From Bugula neritina (taxonomy: Eukaryota > Animalia > Bryozoa): DNA of 64,000 nucleotides. A program made the translations under genes and the position numbers. Shown one piece after another: positions 36,001 to 50,500 of the stretch. How positions within the stretch are numbered: the first letter of the stretch is position 1; each line of letters starts with the position of its first letter. Location: positions 18,972,995-19,036,994 of the forward strand of contig OZ037765.1 in assembly GCA_964035545.1 (NCBI GenBank). Direction: 5' to 3'. The notes below the pieces were generated by a model. It made no database searches, was not told where the DNA came from, and worked only from the letters and a program-made list of their open reading frames with translations.

Positions 36001-38657
36001 AAACGGCGTTTATACTGTCTATGATACTCTACCAGACCTAAGAAGGCCTGCAACTCAGAGAGATCTCGGGGGAAAGTCCATTTTTCTACAGCTTATATTT
36101 TTTCGAGATTGGTACCAACGTCAACCTGGCCAACCACATGACTCAAATTTTTACTATTAATTACAAGAGTGCACACTTGGAGGGCTTCAAATTTAGTCCT
36201 GCGGCTCAGAGGCAATCGAAGACCTCCCGCAGATGATTGGCATGAATTGTAAACTCTGGGGAAATAAGAATGACGTCATCTAGATAGATGAGAAAGGCCT
36301 TCTAGTGTAGCTCACTGGGGACCTGCTCCATTAGTCGTTGAAAAATTGCCGAGGCGGACGTAAGCTTGAATGGCAGTATTTTTTATTTCCAGAGTTCGTC
36401 GCGCATGATGAATGCTACTTTGCTCTGGGCATCCGGACTAAAGGGCACTTGCCAGTACCCACTAATCTGATCCAAAGTACTAAAATACTGGCTCCCGCAA
36501 GGGCGTTCAGAAACTCATCTTTCCGAGGAAGTGGGTAAGCATCCTGGATGGTAACACCGTTGAGCATGCAGTAGTCTACGCAGAATCTCCAGCTACCATA
36601 TTTTTTCTTGACCAAGACTACTGGAGAGCTCCACACACCGTGGGCAAGCTCAATCAGGTCCCGGTTGAGCAGGCTCTGTACTTGTCGGCTTACCTCCATT
36701 TTTTCTCGGCCCTGACCGTCAAATCGGCTGCCGGATGAGGTCGGTGCCGGTGGCCAAGGGTGTCTCGGGGCAGACGGCTATAGTCAGCTCAATGTCACTA
36801 TCTCCGCAGCTGAAAACATTGCTGTAGTCTATAAGTAGCCAAGCCAATTCTTGGCGTTCGGTACTGTTTCTACAGTTGTTGGAAGCGCCCTCATAAAGGT
36901 TGATTATGTGCCCTGGTATTGTCCCGAGGCTGGCCCGAGAGGAGTGTCTTGGGTGTCGGCCACTGTTTTTAGTGCCGGTGCCACATCCGTTTTTTGGATG
37001 GAGTGGTACTTCTTCACCAAGGTGCTAGCTGATAGTCGGACAGGCTCTGCAGAAAGAATTGATACATTGTACAAGAACTTCACTCCAACAGTTTAGCCGA
37101 TTCAGGCTGTTTGCCAGTTTGATCTTTCCATGCATATTCTCAACTACTCCAAGTTTGGCTATTTCCTTTACAGTTTACTTTGCAACACACGGTCACTTGG
37201 AAGTGTCCAGGCACTATACAATCTTGGACCGCCACTAAACCCTGCTGAATTTGTCGACACAGGTGAGTTCTCTCTCAGCCACCATCACCACCAACTTCTA
37301 AAAATCCATGCAGCATTGATACTTTTCCAGAAACGGCATGCCTAATATGGCATCCTCCTTCAGGTGGCCGACGATGAACGTCTCGTGAATCGCCTGGTCA
37401 CAGACTTGTCCAGGTAATGTGAGAATGCAGTAAAAGGGAATGGATGATTTGTTAACCAATATACCATGCGCGACTTCATACGGCTGGAGGCTCGCCCGCT
37501 CGCGAGTGTCAAGAGTGTCGAAGAGACGCCGACTCAACAGGTTTGCAGTACACCCAGTGTCCAGTAGGAAGGTGGCAGCTTTACTCGCAATTTTTCTGGG
37601 TAGGAAATAGCTGCTTCTGTACGGCTGGGCCCTTCTATAGCAATCAGTCTCTAAGGGAGACATTTCTTTGTTTATCATTGCAAGCGTCTTCTTTGTCTTC
37701 ACAACCTTGGAGTTTTTTGAGGCTCGGAGGGTAGCTTGGGAAACTCTTGCGAGTAAGCTGAGCTTTTTTCTATGACCCTGTGGAGTTACCCCTAGACCGA
37801 TTACGGAGTGGCCAGGCAGAAGATTCATGTAGGCCTAGCGGCCTCTCAGACCTTTAGGGTGCCTGCCATCCATCGTCAAGAGACTCCATATGGGAGCTGC
37901 GTGGTCTGGCAGGGGTTTAAGGAAGGTCCATAAACATCCGAATCCAATTTGTCTGTCATTCGGTCCTAACAGGCCCTATGGGTACTCTCCTGGGTGTCTG
38001 AGCTTTTCCCGAATAGGGTTAGCTTGGTGCCCACGGTTGGCAAAAAGTTACCATGAGCCTCGGGTGTTTAAAGACACCCTCCCTCTTTGGGGACACTGTC
38101 TGCACACATGTCCCGAAGCACCACACCCCTAACGGGTGAAGCATGAAGGACTGTCACGGTCACTTGAGGCCTGGGTGCCCGCTTGTCAGCCTGTTCCTGT
38201 TGTATTTTTGTCACCTCTGCTTGTTAGGCCTTTCATCATGTTCATCAGCATGGTGAGTTGGTTGGACTGGAGTCAAGCAGTTGTAGCAGCTACAACCTAA
38301 GGGCTTGGTCGATCAGGCCTGGTTATTTTCGGCTGTTCTTCTACCAGATTGGCTGCGAAGTCCGCACTATGGGGGCCGGCCATTTGACGATGACGGCTAC
38401 CTCTTCAAATTCCCTGATAAACTGTTCGACATCTCCCTCTCATCTCAAAGTCAGAGGCTTGAGGCAACACCTGTCACCAGGTGGCACCTGCCTAGCCTCA
38501 CCTGCCTAGCCTCACCGACTCCCTGAAGGGCGGTGATTAGTGTCTCCATTGTGAGAACTTCTTCCTCTCTTCCTCCTCTGGCCATCTTGCCCTTCTTTCT
38601 TCTTTAGTGATGACTGTTTGTCTTGCTTATCTATTTCAATCCCACCACTGCCACCAA

Positions 38658-39068
38658 TGTAGTTATTCTTGCGTGGTTGTGAAAAAGATTAGGCAATGTG
38701 CATAGCCTATCACTAGTATTCATCAAAGAAAGTTGTTTGGGCTTGAAATAATAAAGTCTTGATTATTCTTCTAAATGTGTCCTGGGCAAGTTCCGGTAGT
38801 AGACTGAATAACAACTGTGAGCTCGCCCTCTTATACAGTAGCAAAAATCCGTTTTAAAAAACTGGTCTGACCGTAAGCCGAAAGTTGGTCGGATCTCGGA
38901 GTTCCGGTGCCCGAAATGACCAGTGTTCAAGCCAATCGCGATTAGGGAACTTTGAAAATGTCGAAAATTGGCCGAGGATCGGCTCACATGAAAGTGTAGG
39001 AAAGTATGATATTATAAAAAGAAAGGAGAGAGACAATTCAAAAACTGGCTACCAAAAACTAAGTTACA
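38658..39068 (-). repeat. 5' LTR of Gypsy element 2
   Basis: TGTAG...TACA; followed on the minus strand by the tRNA-Leu PBS. Confidence 0.87.
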
Positions 39069-39175
39069 ATTTATGGAGGACAAAAAAAATAAAATTTAGT
39101 AGCATAGGATAAAATTGACATAGCCTAAATTTAGCAATTACAAATATAATATTTGAAAAATTATAGAAGACGCAC

Positions 39176-39432
39176 CTGAAATAAGAGAATAAGCAATAGT
39201 TCTTTGCCGGTTGTCTGTAAATTGGTCCAGCTGGTATAATTTTACAAGAAACTTAACACACGGTTTAGTAGAAAGTGGAACAGCCATGGCACACTCTGAA
39301 GATTCTAAGATGCTTTTAATGCTGTCCAATGACAAGCCGTTATTTATTGCATCTTTATGAGGATAAGATGATAAATAATAAGCAAAATTAGCTTGCATTT
39401 CTTGTCCGTTAAAACCTAGCAAGAGGTCAAAT
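39176..39432 (-). CDS. Carboxylesterase B exon 6
   Basis: FDLLLGFNGQEM...; 257 bp. Confidence 0.85.
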
Positions 39433-39940
39433 CTAAATACAAAACATATGAATTATAATGCAGGAAAAAATTAGAATATGTTACATCAAGACTAGTATTT
39501 TAGTAAATTTGTGGGACTTGTGAGCAATTACTATACTATAACAATATTGGATGAGCATTGAATAAGTGTTGCAATATGCATACTGATCATAATAAATTTT
39601 TAAATTGAGGCAATATAAAAGTTGCTATACTTACTATATTCAAGGCCATGAGAAATTTGTTAAATGTACTTAAATTTTGCAACATTCTGATTCTGTAGAA
39701 GCTCAAAAAATACTAAATTCATTAGAGAAATGATTGCCCTAATTTAATTGGCCTAAGTTGCTTCACCATAACATGCTGAGATTTGCATGGCCGTTTTGAA
39801 ACCTTATACTTGCCTATATATGTCGTTAAAGCAGTTAACCTCTAAGTAAATATTTAAAACATGCCAAAGTAAATAGCTGCAAAGTAAAACGCTACTTTTA
39901 AGTCTGCCTTATGGTATGTAATAAATTAAATGTAAAATAC

Positions 39941-40194
39941 CTTCCGGACAAATTATATACTTCAGCCACTATGTCTTTAGAGAAGAAATCTTCATTTGGA
40001 AAAGGAACAAAGTAGTTATATGGAGCCTGTGTGGGAGTTTCTATGGAGAATATTTCTTCTACGGTCTGGTCAGCTAGGCATGTGTAAACTGACATATCAT
40101 CAAAGCATTTGTATTGCTTTTTTATATTTTTCTGATACTTGTGCCAGTTGTTTTGCGAAATATGCCAGCTCCAAGGTGAAAAAAGAGTTCCAGA
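39941..40194 (-). CDS. Carboxylesterase B exon 5
   Basis: SGTLFSPWSW...; 254 bp. Confidence 0.85.
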
Positions 40195-40478
40195 CTGCAA
40201 ATTAGTGGAAATATTATTATATAGAGTGTTTAATATATTATGTTAGTATACTTATTAACATGTAATTATCTATTTATATATGACTCGTTGGACCTATTAT
40301 GTTTATATTTTCACTATTAACAAGTTATATCTATATTTAATTAATAAGCATAATACAGGGGTGATAAGGATTACTATGTTTATTATTTTATATAATGCTT
40401 TCCTTATGCTATATGTTAACGAACATATACATATTTTGTACATACACATATGATATTCTATTACTTAGAATCTTATAC

Positions 40479-40663
40479 TTCAACAATAGCTTTTTGAAAC
40501 AGTCCAGTGTTATGAGGACTCATCATCTGAGCTGAGACACTCCCAGCTCCTGCAGATGATCCAAATATGGTAATGAGCACTAGATCTCCACCAAACTTGT
40601 CAATATTTTCTTTTACCCACATTATAGCAGCTCTTTGATCCCACAAGCCAAAGTTTCCAGTGC
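40479..40663 (-). CDS. Carboxylesterase B exon 4
   Basis: GNFGLWDQ...[15 protein letters not shown]; 185 bp. Confidence 0.85.
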
Positions 40664-41125
40664 CTATTTGTTATGAAGCAGTATATTGCACTTGAACTGT
40701 TGTTAATAAATAATATTGAATCTACATTCAAGAATTTGGTGAACAAATTGAAGTAAGTTAAAAATAAAAAAGAAATATTATTCATAATCGCCTAGTAAAA
40801 GTATCGTTTGCTTTCCTTACAGCACAACTTTAAAGATACTATTTAGTGAGTGCATATTTGTATGTGTATGCTTGCATACAGCTATAATACATATATGCAA
40901 TACTGTTGTTAATTTATACTGCAAATAAATTACACTGTGGGTAGTTATTGAGAGTTTAATGCTCAAACATTTAACTCTTTGTAAGAAAGAAAGAATGAGG
41001 ATAAATTAATAATTGTAAAAAGCACATTGTTGGCTTGCAATGCAAAAAGAGCCCATGCAAGTCTGACTTCTTACAGAAGTGGTAAAAGTTACATATAAGT
41101 ATAAATCATATATATATACCTCAAT

Positions 41126-41170
41126 CTGTGGACAGCGGCTGTTTCGGGGTTTGTCCCCTCATCAGCACAG
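41126..41170 (-). ncRNA. Type-I hammerhead ribozyme (intact core)
   Basis: ctgtg-CTGATGA-gggg-acaaa-cccc-GAAA-cagccgctg-TC-cacag; all three stems pair. Confidence 0.88.
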
Positions 41171-41397
41171 AACAGAGTACCATGGCCCACACCTTCGCAA
41201 TAGTAGAAACTTATGTTTCTACTAAAGCATATTTAAAAGGTGTGTAAACTCAAGCCAGAGAGCTCAAGTGACTCTAGGGGTCACCTAGGAGTCACGAGCC
41301 TTGCAAAATGCTAGCAGCTTGAGTTTGTGACCATGGTGAGAGAGCTCAATCACTAAATGTCATTGCTGAGCATTAAGTGAGAGCGTAATACCTCAAT

Positions 41398-41442
41398 CTG
41401 TGGACAGCGGCTGTTTCGGGATTTGTCCCCTCATCTGCACAG
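41398..41442 (-). ncRNA. Type-I hammerhead ribozyme (core variant CAGATGA)
   Basis: Same fold with a U4A change in the core. Confidence 0.65.
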
Positions 41443-41672
41443 AACAGAGTACCATGGCCCACACCTTCGCAATAGTAAAACTTATAGTTTTACGTACTAA
41501 AGCATATTTAAAAGGTGTGTAAACTCAAGCCAGAGTGCTCAAGTGACTCTAGGGGTCACCTAGGAGTCACGAGCATTGCAAAATGCTAGCAGCTTGAGTT
41601 TGTGACCATGGTGAGAGTGCTCAATCATTTAATGCCATTGCTGAGCATTAAATGAGAGCGTAATATCTCAAT

Positions 41673-41717
41673 CTGTGGACAGCGGCTGTTTCGGGATTTG
41701 TCCCCTCATCAGCACAG
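41673..41717 (-). ncRNA. Type-I hammerhead ribozyme (intact core)
   Basis: ctgtg-CTGATGA-gggg-acaaa-tccc-GAAA-cagccgctg-TC-cacag. Confidence 0.85.
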
Positions 41718-41826
<109 letters not shown>

Positions 41827-42042
41827 TTATGTAGGAGCTGCAAGCCTCAAACAGTAATGAAATTAGCTCATTTTATACCTAAAGTTACAATATATAGCAA
41901 GCAAAGGAAATCAAACAAAATGATTTCTCGATTTTTTTAAATTAAAATATTTTTTTAATGTATGAGCAAAAAGAAGGTATTGCACTCAGTTGACATCTGC
42001 AATTTTAAAATATTGAATTTCAAATAAAAGAAACTTTCTCAC

Positions 42043-42267
42043 CATTTCCATTCGATAAAAATCCTAAAAGCCCGAGTCTGTAGTTGATGGCTACTACAAT
42101 CACATCTCCAGTTACGGCTAGAGGTGTACCAAAATATATATTTTTGGCTCCAGTTAAATAACTTCCACCATGTATCCAAATCATCACAGCTTTCTTGTTA
42201 TTAGAGTTAACTTCTCCTGGCACCGTGATGTTGAGGTGCAGACAATCCTCACTGCCAAAAACTGTTC
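42043..42267 (-). CDS. Carboxylesterase B exon 3
   Basis: SEDCL...WIHGGSY...INYRLG. Confidence 0.87.
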
Positions 42268-42515
42268 CTACAAAACAGAAGATTTAGAGTTATGAATTTA
42301 ATATCAGAGTTTGGATATCTTTTATTTGTGTATATTTGCTGCTTCGTATAGATGTCTATATTACAATTAAGCTGGCAATGTCAATGCCTCTTTATCAAAT
42401 AAACAATTGTAATGAAGCCTTCAACCTATGCTGTCAGCAATGTTTGTATTGAATCGCCTTGCTATTATTGCATGAAACACAACTAAAAATATAATATTTC
42501 TAAACCTTGACTCAC

Positions 42516-42647
42516 TCGACAAAAACAGGTCTTTTTGTAGACAATATGTTGTTTGGATGGTTGCCTCTCTTACTCCGATCCAAGAAGGATAGGCCTCTGG
42601 CTTTTTAAATCGTAATTTCCCAACTGGTGCTTTAGCATACGGTATCC
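42516..42647 (-). CDS. Carboxylesterase B exon 2
   Basis: [30 protein letters not shown]; donor A|GTGAGT. Confidence 0.85.
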
Positions 42648-43936
42648 CTATAAAAAATTTGAGAAAAAATATTTAGTTAGTCAGTTTTTGTCAAATATGT
42701 CATAAAAGTATCAACATTAAGCCTAGTTTCTGTTTTGTAACCTAAAATGTTTAAGAAGCTAAATGTAGTCTAAATAGACTTTTGCTTAAAAATGTACTTT
42801 TATTTAAATTCATGTCTAAATTCAATCATAAGGAATAAAAATTAGCCAACACATCGAATGAAAAATAAAAAAGCTGCCACATTAGGGAAGTATTTAGATA
42901 ATAAAAATTTTCGTCTAACTACATATCATAACATAGGAATTGTAAAGTTTTACTCTACCACCTTGCAGCTCAGACAATATATGTTATTCTAGAGGCTGAA
43001 ACAGAATAATGGCTAAAGACTTTATTCTGTGCATATGAGATACAACAAATAGATTAATTTTTGACCACTTAGCACTTCATAGTTATTTTAAACTACATAG
43101 GTATTATTCGTATAGTTTGCATTCAGTATTCAAATTGCTTATATATGCTGGGAAGTTTCAACATAGCTTATAAGTCAATCGTCTATATAGTCTATAAAAG
43201 CTTACAAGTATTCTGTTATAGCGCCTATAACAGGGGTTATAAATAAGTAGGTTATGTAGTTTAATATTTAGAAGCGTTTTGCCAAATAGCTTGCTAGCTG
43301 ATACTAAATTTACATAATATTGTAATACAACTTATATACCTCGCCAGTTGACTGGCCGTAAACCCTGACTCAAATGTATGCCTGGCCCACCGAGTAGCCT
43401 GGATAATTGTTCTCGTACAACACTTGACGTCCCAAATGAATAAAAATTGTTTTTGAGCTATCTGCATATACACACACATTCTCTTTGTATGTGTTTTTAA
43501 ATAAAATCATCACAAACAAAATCCAAAAAATTCCAAAACCAAGAATTATTTAAAATAAGTCATAAACCTGCGTCACCCACAATCAATTATTTTATTAATT
43601 CGATAAAAGTATATAATATTTGTTTGGATAGTTTTCTATTGTACAAAACTAAACTCTAGCAGCAGTCGCCTGCTCTCCCCCCCCCCCCCTCCATGATAGC
43701 ACATCACATTTCCAATTGACTAATACCAAATAAGAACTACTGAACAAAACCTCCTGATTGCATATTTCTAAAGTTTTTAGCTTTTCAATTACAAGTGCAA
43801 CAGAATTCTAACCAATATTGTTATTTCATTCTACAAATAGTGTATTAACTTTTAAGAAATAAATTTTTATTTGATATTTTGCAATGTAATACTATAAGAT
43901 AAATATGATAATAAACCCTTATTACTATTAACATAC

Positions 43937-44084
43937 CTAAAAAGATAGCTACATCTGTGTTATTGTAGGTTAGAGATTTTCCTTTCAACTGTCCTCCATG
44001 ACTCAGCTGTACAACAGGATCAGCACCTGCAGCAGTGTGCCACAAGAGAAAATTTAGTATCACAATAAATCTTGCCTTATACAT
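43937..44084 (-). CDS. Carboxylesterase B exon 1
   Basis: MYKARFIVILNFLLWHTAAGADPVVQLSHGGQLKG; paralog of A exon 1. Confidence 0.85.
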
Positions 44085-45048
44085 TCTCAGTGTTAACAGC
44101 GGAAATGCTCAACTCCGAATTATTGTGATTGAGTTACTCCAGGGGTGCTTTTTCAGTATATCTTATACCACTGTATTAGCAGTAGAGGACTTCCAGTCAA
44201 TAGCGATAATAGAGCATTGTATTGATTAATTTCTAGAAATGGTCATCAACCTTTGCTTAGCCATACATTATGCAAATGAGTAACTGAATGGCTGTAGCTA
44301 ACAACCAATTCAATTCGATTGGTTAGGTAACAATAATAGCAAATAAAACAACTGATGGAAACAGTAGGGGTGATATTAATACGGCTAATTCAAGCAAAAT
44401 TTTGTACTTCAAAACAGTTCCCTCATCCAAAAATATAATAAGAACTTTGGGCTATAAGAAATATAAAAGTAGAGTAATTTGTTATTGATAAATCCTCCCC
44501 TTTTATTCTTTGTTGTAAGAAAATGCTCTTACCACTACAGCTATTTGATAAGAATTCAGTCTTGCAACCTAACTTGAACCTAAGTAGTCTTTTCACTGTA
44601 TAGACTATATATAGCAGATCTTATAAATCTATTATCTCTAACATTTATCAATGTTATAAAAGCATAGATCATGCCTTTTCACATTATGTCAGTTGTTATG
44701 CAAATGTATTGACTACATAATTCAAACACTGTTTCAAAACAGTTATATTTTAGAATTTTAATCAGCTCATGAACTAATATGAAATCTCGAGCTACAGTAC
44801 CTATTGTAGCAGATTTGTTTGGTCTGCTAGCAACCGCAACTTCTCCGAGTGGGTTTGGGAATTCAACTGATGTCTTGTGAGTGTAGTTTTTAGTATTTTA
44901 TTCCAACTAATAACACTTTCGCGCACGAAGCTACACCGTAAATTCTAAATAATAATACACACAATTTAAGGCTAAATAAAGTTTAAGAAAATAAAAACTG
45001 TAAGGAAATAATAAACATAAAAATTATTAAAGTAGGCAAAAATATTAC

Positions 45049-45489
<441 letters not shown>

Positions 45490-45492
45490 CCA

Positions 45493-45640
45493 CAATCTGT
45501 GGACAGCAGCTGTTTTGGGGTTTGTCCCCTCATCAGCACAGGAAAGAGTACTATGGCCCACACCTTTGCAATAGTAGAAACTTATGTTTCTATTAAAGCA
45601 TATTTAAAAAATGTGTAAACTCAAGCCAGAGAGCTCAAGT
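45493..45640 (-). mobile_element. Truncated copy of the same retrozyme family (hammerhead GAAA mutated to AAAA)
   Basis: Closely matches 41121-41268 and abuts the (TG)n/(TA)n tract. Confidence 0.8.
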
Positions 45641-47366
45641 TATTGAAAGTGCAACAACATTGCTTGTAAGATGTGTCAAAAGTCACAAAGAGTGATCCAT
45701 GTTCTCTTCATAATGTAATTCATCAGGTTGTGAGGCTAACAAGTCTAGTAATACTCCCTACGACTACTTGCAGCTCTGATTTGATACTGGTTGCTAAATC
45801 TACTCTTATCACAATTATGCATATAAATAATTACATGTAGTTTAATGCTTTCTACTGGTACATGTGACCCACTCATAATATATGCACTCCATTTAAAAAT
45901 ATGTTAACTAAAAAATTAGAAGATTTATGTTTGTTTTACAATTGATTTACATTGTTGCCTCAGCTTCACAGCAAAAACAAGTCAAATCATGTCTATACAA
46001 ACTTAGCAAATAAATTTTCTCAAGAAGTTTCAAGTCAACCACTGTTTAATTCAATGCAGGTGTAGAGCTCTGATGTTTAATTTTGTAATTTGGAGAAAAT
46101 ATATCAAAATTTTCAACCGGAAGCACTGTAACCGATATTGAATTTTCATAGCTTTTTTTTCTATACTGAGATGTAGCTCTATTTTATCGCTGCTTACCAA
46201 TCTTAATTTTGTGAGCAAAAATAAACTATCATGGTGCATTACTTGAAATTTCAGTAGCTTGACTGGTGACCATTTTTGCTCTTGTCTTTGATCTAGAATG
46301 GCATCCAGCCAAGCTATAAATGAAATATTGCGTGGTCTTATGTTATATAATATGGCACGTCATACAATTTATAGTGAGCTACTTACCTATGTCAAGTAAG
46401 TTCAGTGACAAAAAAAATCAATTAGATTATGGGAAAATAATAGTAGCTATAGTAACAATGATAAACAAAAATGAAAATATTGTTGTATTTCTTTCTAGAT
46501 GCTGAGTCATGTATAGAAACACATTATTGTTTAAACATGCATTCATAATCATCTTATATTTGTTGCACAAATGTAAAGATTTATAAAACACTCATGGACT
46601 TACTGTAGAGGATTATAGTTTTAAGATAATGGACTGAGCATGCATAGTTTCAATTTTTATTGGTTGATGTTTATAAAACATAGGAGTTTGATTATCCCTC
46701 ATTATACTTTAAATAGCATTTTAGCTGCACTGTTGTACAATAAGATTATACTAAGAATAAAGAAATACTTTTATTTGAGGGAAAATCTTCTAAATTTATA
46801 TTTATTCGGAATTAAATTCAACGCATGATGCACACAGAAAGTTAATACATTCTGTTACTTTCTTTGGCATTATTGCCATAAACATTTATGTAAAGAAATA
46901 ATATTACCATACCATCACAATTATTATTCAATAGTTAAAAACTAAAAATGTATAGTTGCTAAACCCTTACGTAATAAATAGTTCTTTACCCAAAGTCTAA
47001 CCTTCGAAATATAATTGATTCACAAAGCTTCACCATTTGACATTATAAAAGCTATAATAGTTACAGAAGAATAATTTGTTTTGCTATAAATTTTGGATGC
47101 ATTACTAATTATAAGTTGTATTACACAAAATCACACAAAAATCTTCAATGTGCTGTTATAAAGCGCAGTTAAATATTGTCCAGCAGGAGAAATAACTTAG
47201 AAATGTCAGAATAATCACTGCATATAGCAAACTGCAATCATGAGTGATAAAAGCATGATGAGCAGTATAATGTAGTGATCTAATGTTGTGAAGGTATTTC
47301 AGTGTCTAGTATATATGATATAATGAGCCATATACTAGAATAATCACATGAGTTATAGGTGAGTCA

Positions 47367-47503
47367 CTAGAAGGAAAGCAGATATTTGCTGACTAAAAGC
47401 GTAGTCAGCGGAAACAGGAAGTGTGACAAGACAAGGGTGTTTGCTGAGTTGTCCTCTTTCACGTTATCTCCCCCTGAACTCTCTGAGGTGGGCACACATT
47501 TAA
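47367..47503 (-). CDS. Carboxylesterase C exon 10 (Cys + GPI-anchor signal)
   Basis: (V)[44 protein letters not shown]; phase-compatible with the exon 9 donor; conserved in copy B. Confidence 0.78.
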
Positions 47504-50500
47504 CTACAATTAAGTAAAATATAACATGATGTTAGGATGTGAGCAGTTGAAACTATGTCACTTATGCAGAACGTTACTAGACGATTTCAAACCTGCTAAA
47601 GCACTAAATATTTCCACAAACTTTTAAAAAAGTTTGTGGAAATATTTTCAGGAACATTAGTAGTCATCATCATACAATATTTTGAGCACTCAGTTTATGG
47701 AAAGCTATAACATTTTTTTATTTTACTGCTATTTATTTATTTATATTGTTCTTTATATATATTATGCATGTTTCTATTTGTTTTATATTAGATAATGTAT
47801 TACATTTTTATGAATTATCTTTAATGAAGCATTTAGATTCTAGTTCCACACCTGGAGCTTTGTCAGACAAAACTTGTAGTCTTCTAGCCTCAAACAAAAC
47901 ACTCTGTACTTTCTCCAGTCTCTCCTTGTGAGGAGTTGTGATCACACTGATGTTGTCTTTGTTTAAATCCAGAAACTTGTTAGTTACAGTGTTGAACTGA
48001 GGCCACTCCGGTACATCATCAGGAAGTGCAACTGGCTGATTGGGGTTTCTATTTATAATATGCACTGAATAAATCACTAATATCTTTATAACAATTAGAT
48101 GATATATTATATTATAACACATAGTTATATATCTGATATATGCAACAAAATCATGTAAGTATTAACTATTGATCAGTTGCTACCTCATGATATATTTGTT
48201 GAATATATTTACTCTATGGTAAAATATAAAACTACTCCCAACAAAGCTCCGTCAAATTTTTTTTGTTACTGCTATAGCAAAAAAGCAATTATGACTGAAT
48301 GCTCTTTCTAACATCATGCAAATAGCCTTTACTAGGAATCAAACCACTGCACTGGCTTGCGTTTACCCAGGCAGCACCTTAACTAATAAACCATAGCTGC
48401 ATATGATTCCTTCATTACCAAATACAACCTCAATTATCTAAGAAATAATATCATTGGATATAAATTTCTGGGACAAATTTTGAATTTTAAGCAATGCAAG
48501 TTTATATCTTACCCTGATTTAGCAAAATTAGTCCACATAGTCATCATGGTATTTGATAGTGGTTGTAGATCTTCAGTTGTTGCATTGATGAACTTCAAGT
48601 ATGTACTAGTTGCATCTGTGAGTGGATCTTCAAGGTAAGCTATAATAGTCATGGTAAATATGATTGAAACTAGCATATCAAAATATTCACATGTTTAATC
48701 TAAAACTATTTTTGCTTACTGTTTGCACCTACATATATTCAAAAGTTATGGACAATTAATTTTGTAGGTATAAGCACTGAACAAAATCCTTTAAAATGAA
48801 CATCTGACAAATAACCACCATTAACGCATATACTATAGAAATGTGGCTTGCCAGAAATAGTATGTCAGATGAAACATTTTTCTGCTCTTTGCTTTAGAGG
48901 ATTTTGAAAATATAAATACGCAATATTTTATTTTCCCAGTTCTTAATAGTAATAAGGCTGTTCATACTTTTTTTCAGCTCTTCATCTTTAGCTGCCTGAT
49001 ACCCTCCAAAGACCAATCCTACTTCAGCAAAATGATCAGCTGACACTCTGATCCAATCAGGTACTTGGAAAGGTAAGGCAACAGCAGGCGTGAGTTCAGT
49101 AAAGTAGTAAGCATATGTAGATTGGCTAGAAGAACTGTGTTCACTGTGATCCACCAACTTTCTCACACTGTCCACATTAAAGTTCAGTTCACCTGCAAAT
49201 TTAAAGTTTAATTTATCCTTTATAATTTAAACAACTGCATGTGATAGCCTTATAAAAACAACTTGAGATATTGCAAAAGTTAGCCATGCAAAAAACTCCC
49301 ACAAGCTTATAGTTGCCGTTCCTGTTAGAAAACCCCTGATGAAAAAGGTTTTTGTCAAATCAGGTTAAGGACTTATTCAGTTACTAGGCAAACGCTCTAA
49401 CCCTTCGACCACTGCTGCTCCCATGTTTTATGTCAGCATTGCAAAAGTTAGCCATGCAAGTTGACATAAAATATGCACAATGCAATAGCGAGAATAGTAA
49501 CTGCGCTTATATATTATAATGCAGTAAGCTATATAATAGCAATTTGAGGCCTGGAATTGCAGCTTCACTAATATCTAGCTAAATAGATGTTTTCTAAATT
49601 CTAAAATATGAATTATAGATGAAGATTTTAGAAACTACATATATAATATATTTATGCAGATGGGATATGCTTAATTATAGAGAACAAACAAAGTAATAGT
49701 ATAGGAAAAGAATGACAGAAGTTAGTTTTAACAAATATAATATTTGGAAAATTAAAGAAGATGCACCTGACATAAGAGAATAGGCAATAGCTCTTTGTTG
49801 GTTGTCTGCAAATTGGTCCAGTTGGTATAAATTTACTAAAAACTCAACACACAGTTTAGTAGAAAGTGGAACAGCCATGGCGCACTCTGCTGACTCTAAG
49901 ATGCCTTTAATGCTGTCTAATGACAATCCGTTGTTTACTGCATCTTCAGCAGGATAGAACGATAAATAAGATGCAGCACTAGCTTGCATTTCTTGTCCAT
50001 TGAAACCTTGCAAGAGGTCAAATCTAAATTATACCAAACATATGACTCAGAGCAAGAAAATGCTAGAATAGGCTACAGCAGGACTATAGTATTTTATTTG
50101 ATTGGTAAGACTTGATCAAATACTAAACTATTATAGCATATTAAATGAATATTAAATAGGTGTTGCAATTATAAGCATCCTGATCATATCAAATTTAGAC
50201 CATATTTGGAAGCCATGATATAAAATCTGGTATACTTTCTACATGCAGAACTATAAGAAATTTGCTAAATTTACTTGCATTTTTGAGACCTTTCAGCTCT
50301 TCCAAAAATCATAAAATATAATTTTAATTTAAAAGGTGGTTGTCCAAATTTATTCTTTGATTGATTCATAATAATACGCATGGTTCTTTTAAAACCTCAA
50401 ACTTGACTATAGGTTCTTCAGAGGTTAGCCAATAGGTACATACTTGAAACATACCAAAGTAAAAGGCTGCAAAGTACATTATAATGTTACTGTATTGAAA

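Larger units (their letters stand above)
31641..39068 (-). mobile_element. Degenerate Ty3/Gypsy LTR retrotransposon (element 2) in intron 6 of copy B
   Basis: LTRs 31641-32052 and 38658-39068. PBS TGGTGGCAGTGGTGGGATT (38656-38638) is complementary to a tRNA-Leu 3' end. PPT next to 32052. Flanks ATAT/ATTT against ATCT at the empty site in copy A. Gag CCHC remnant, PR FLLDTG, RT (SWRFCVDY, YLDD), RNase H, IN remnants and an extra zinc-finger ORF remnant. Confidence 0.93.
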
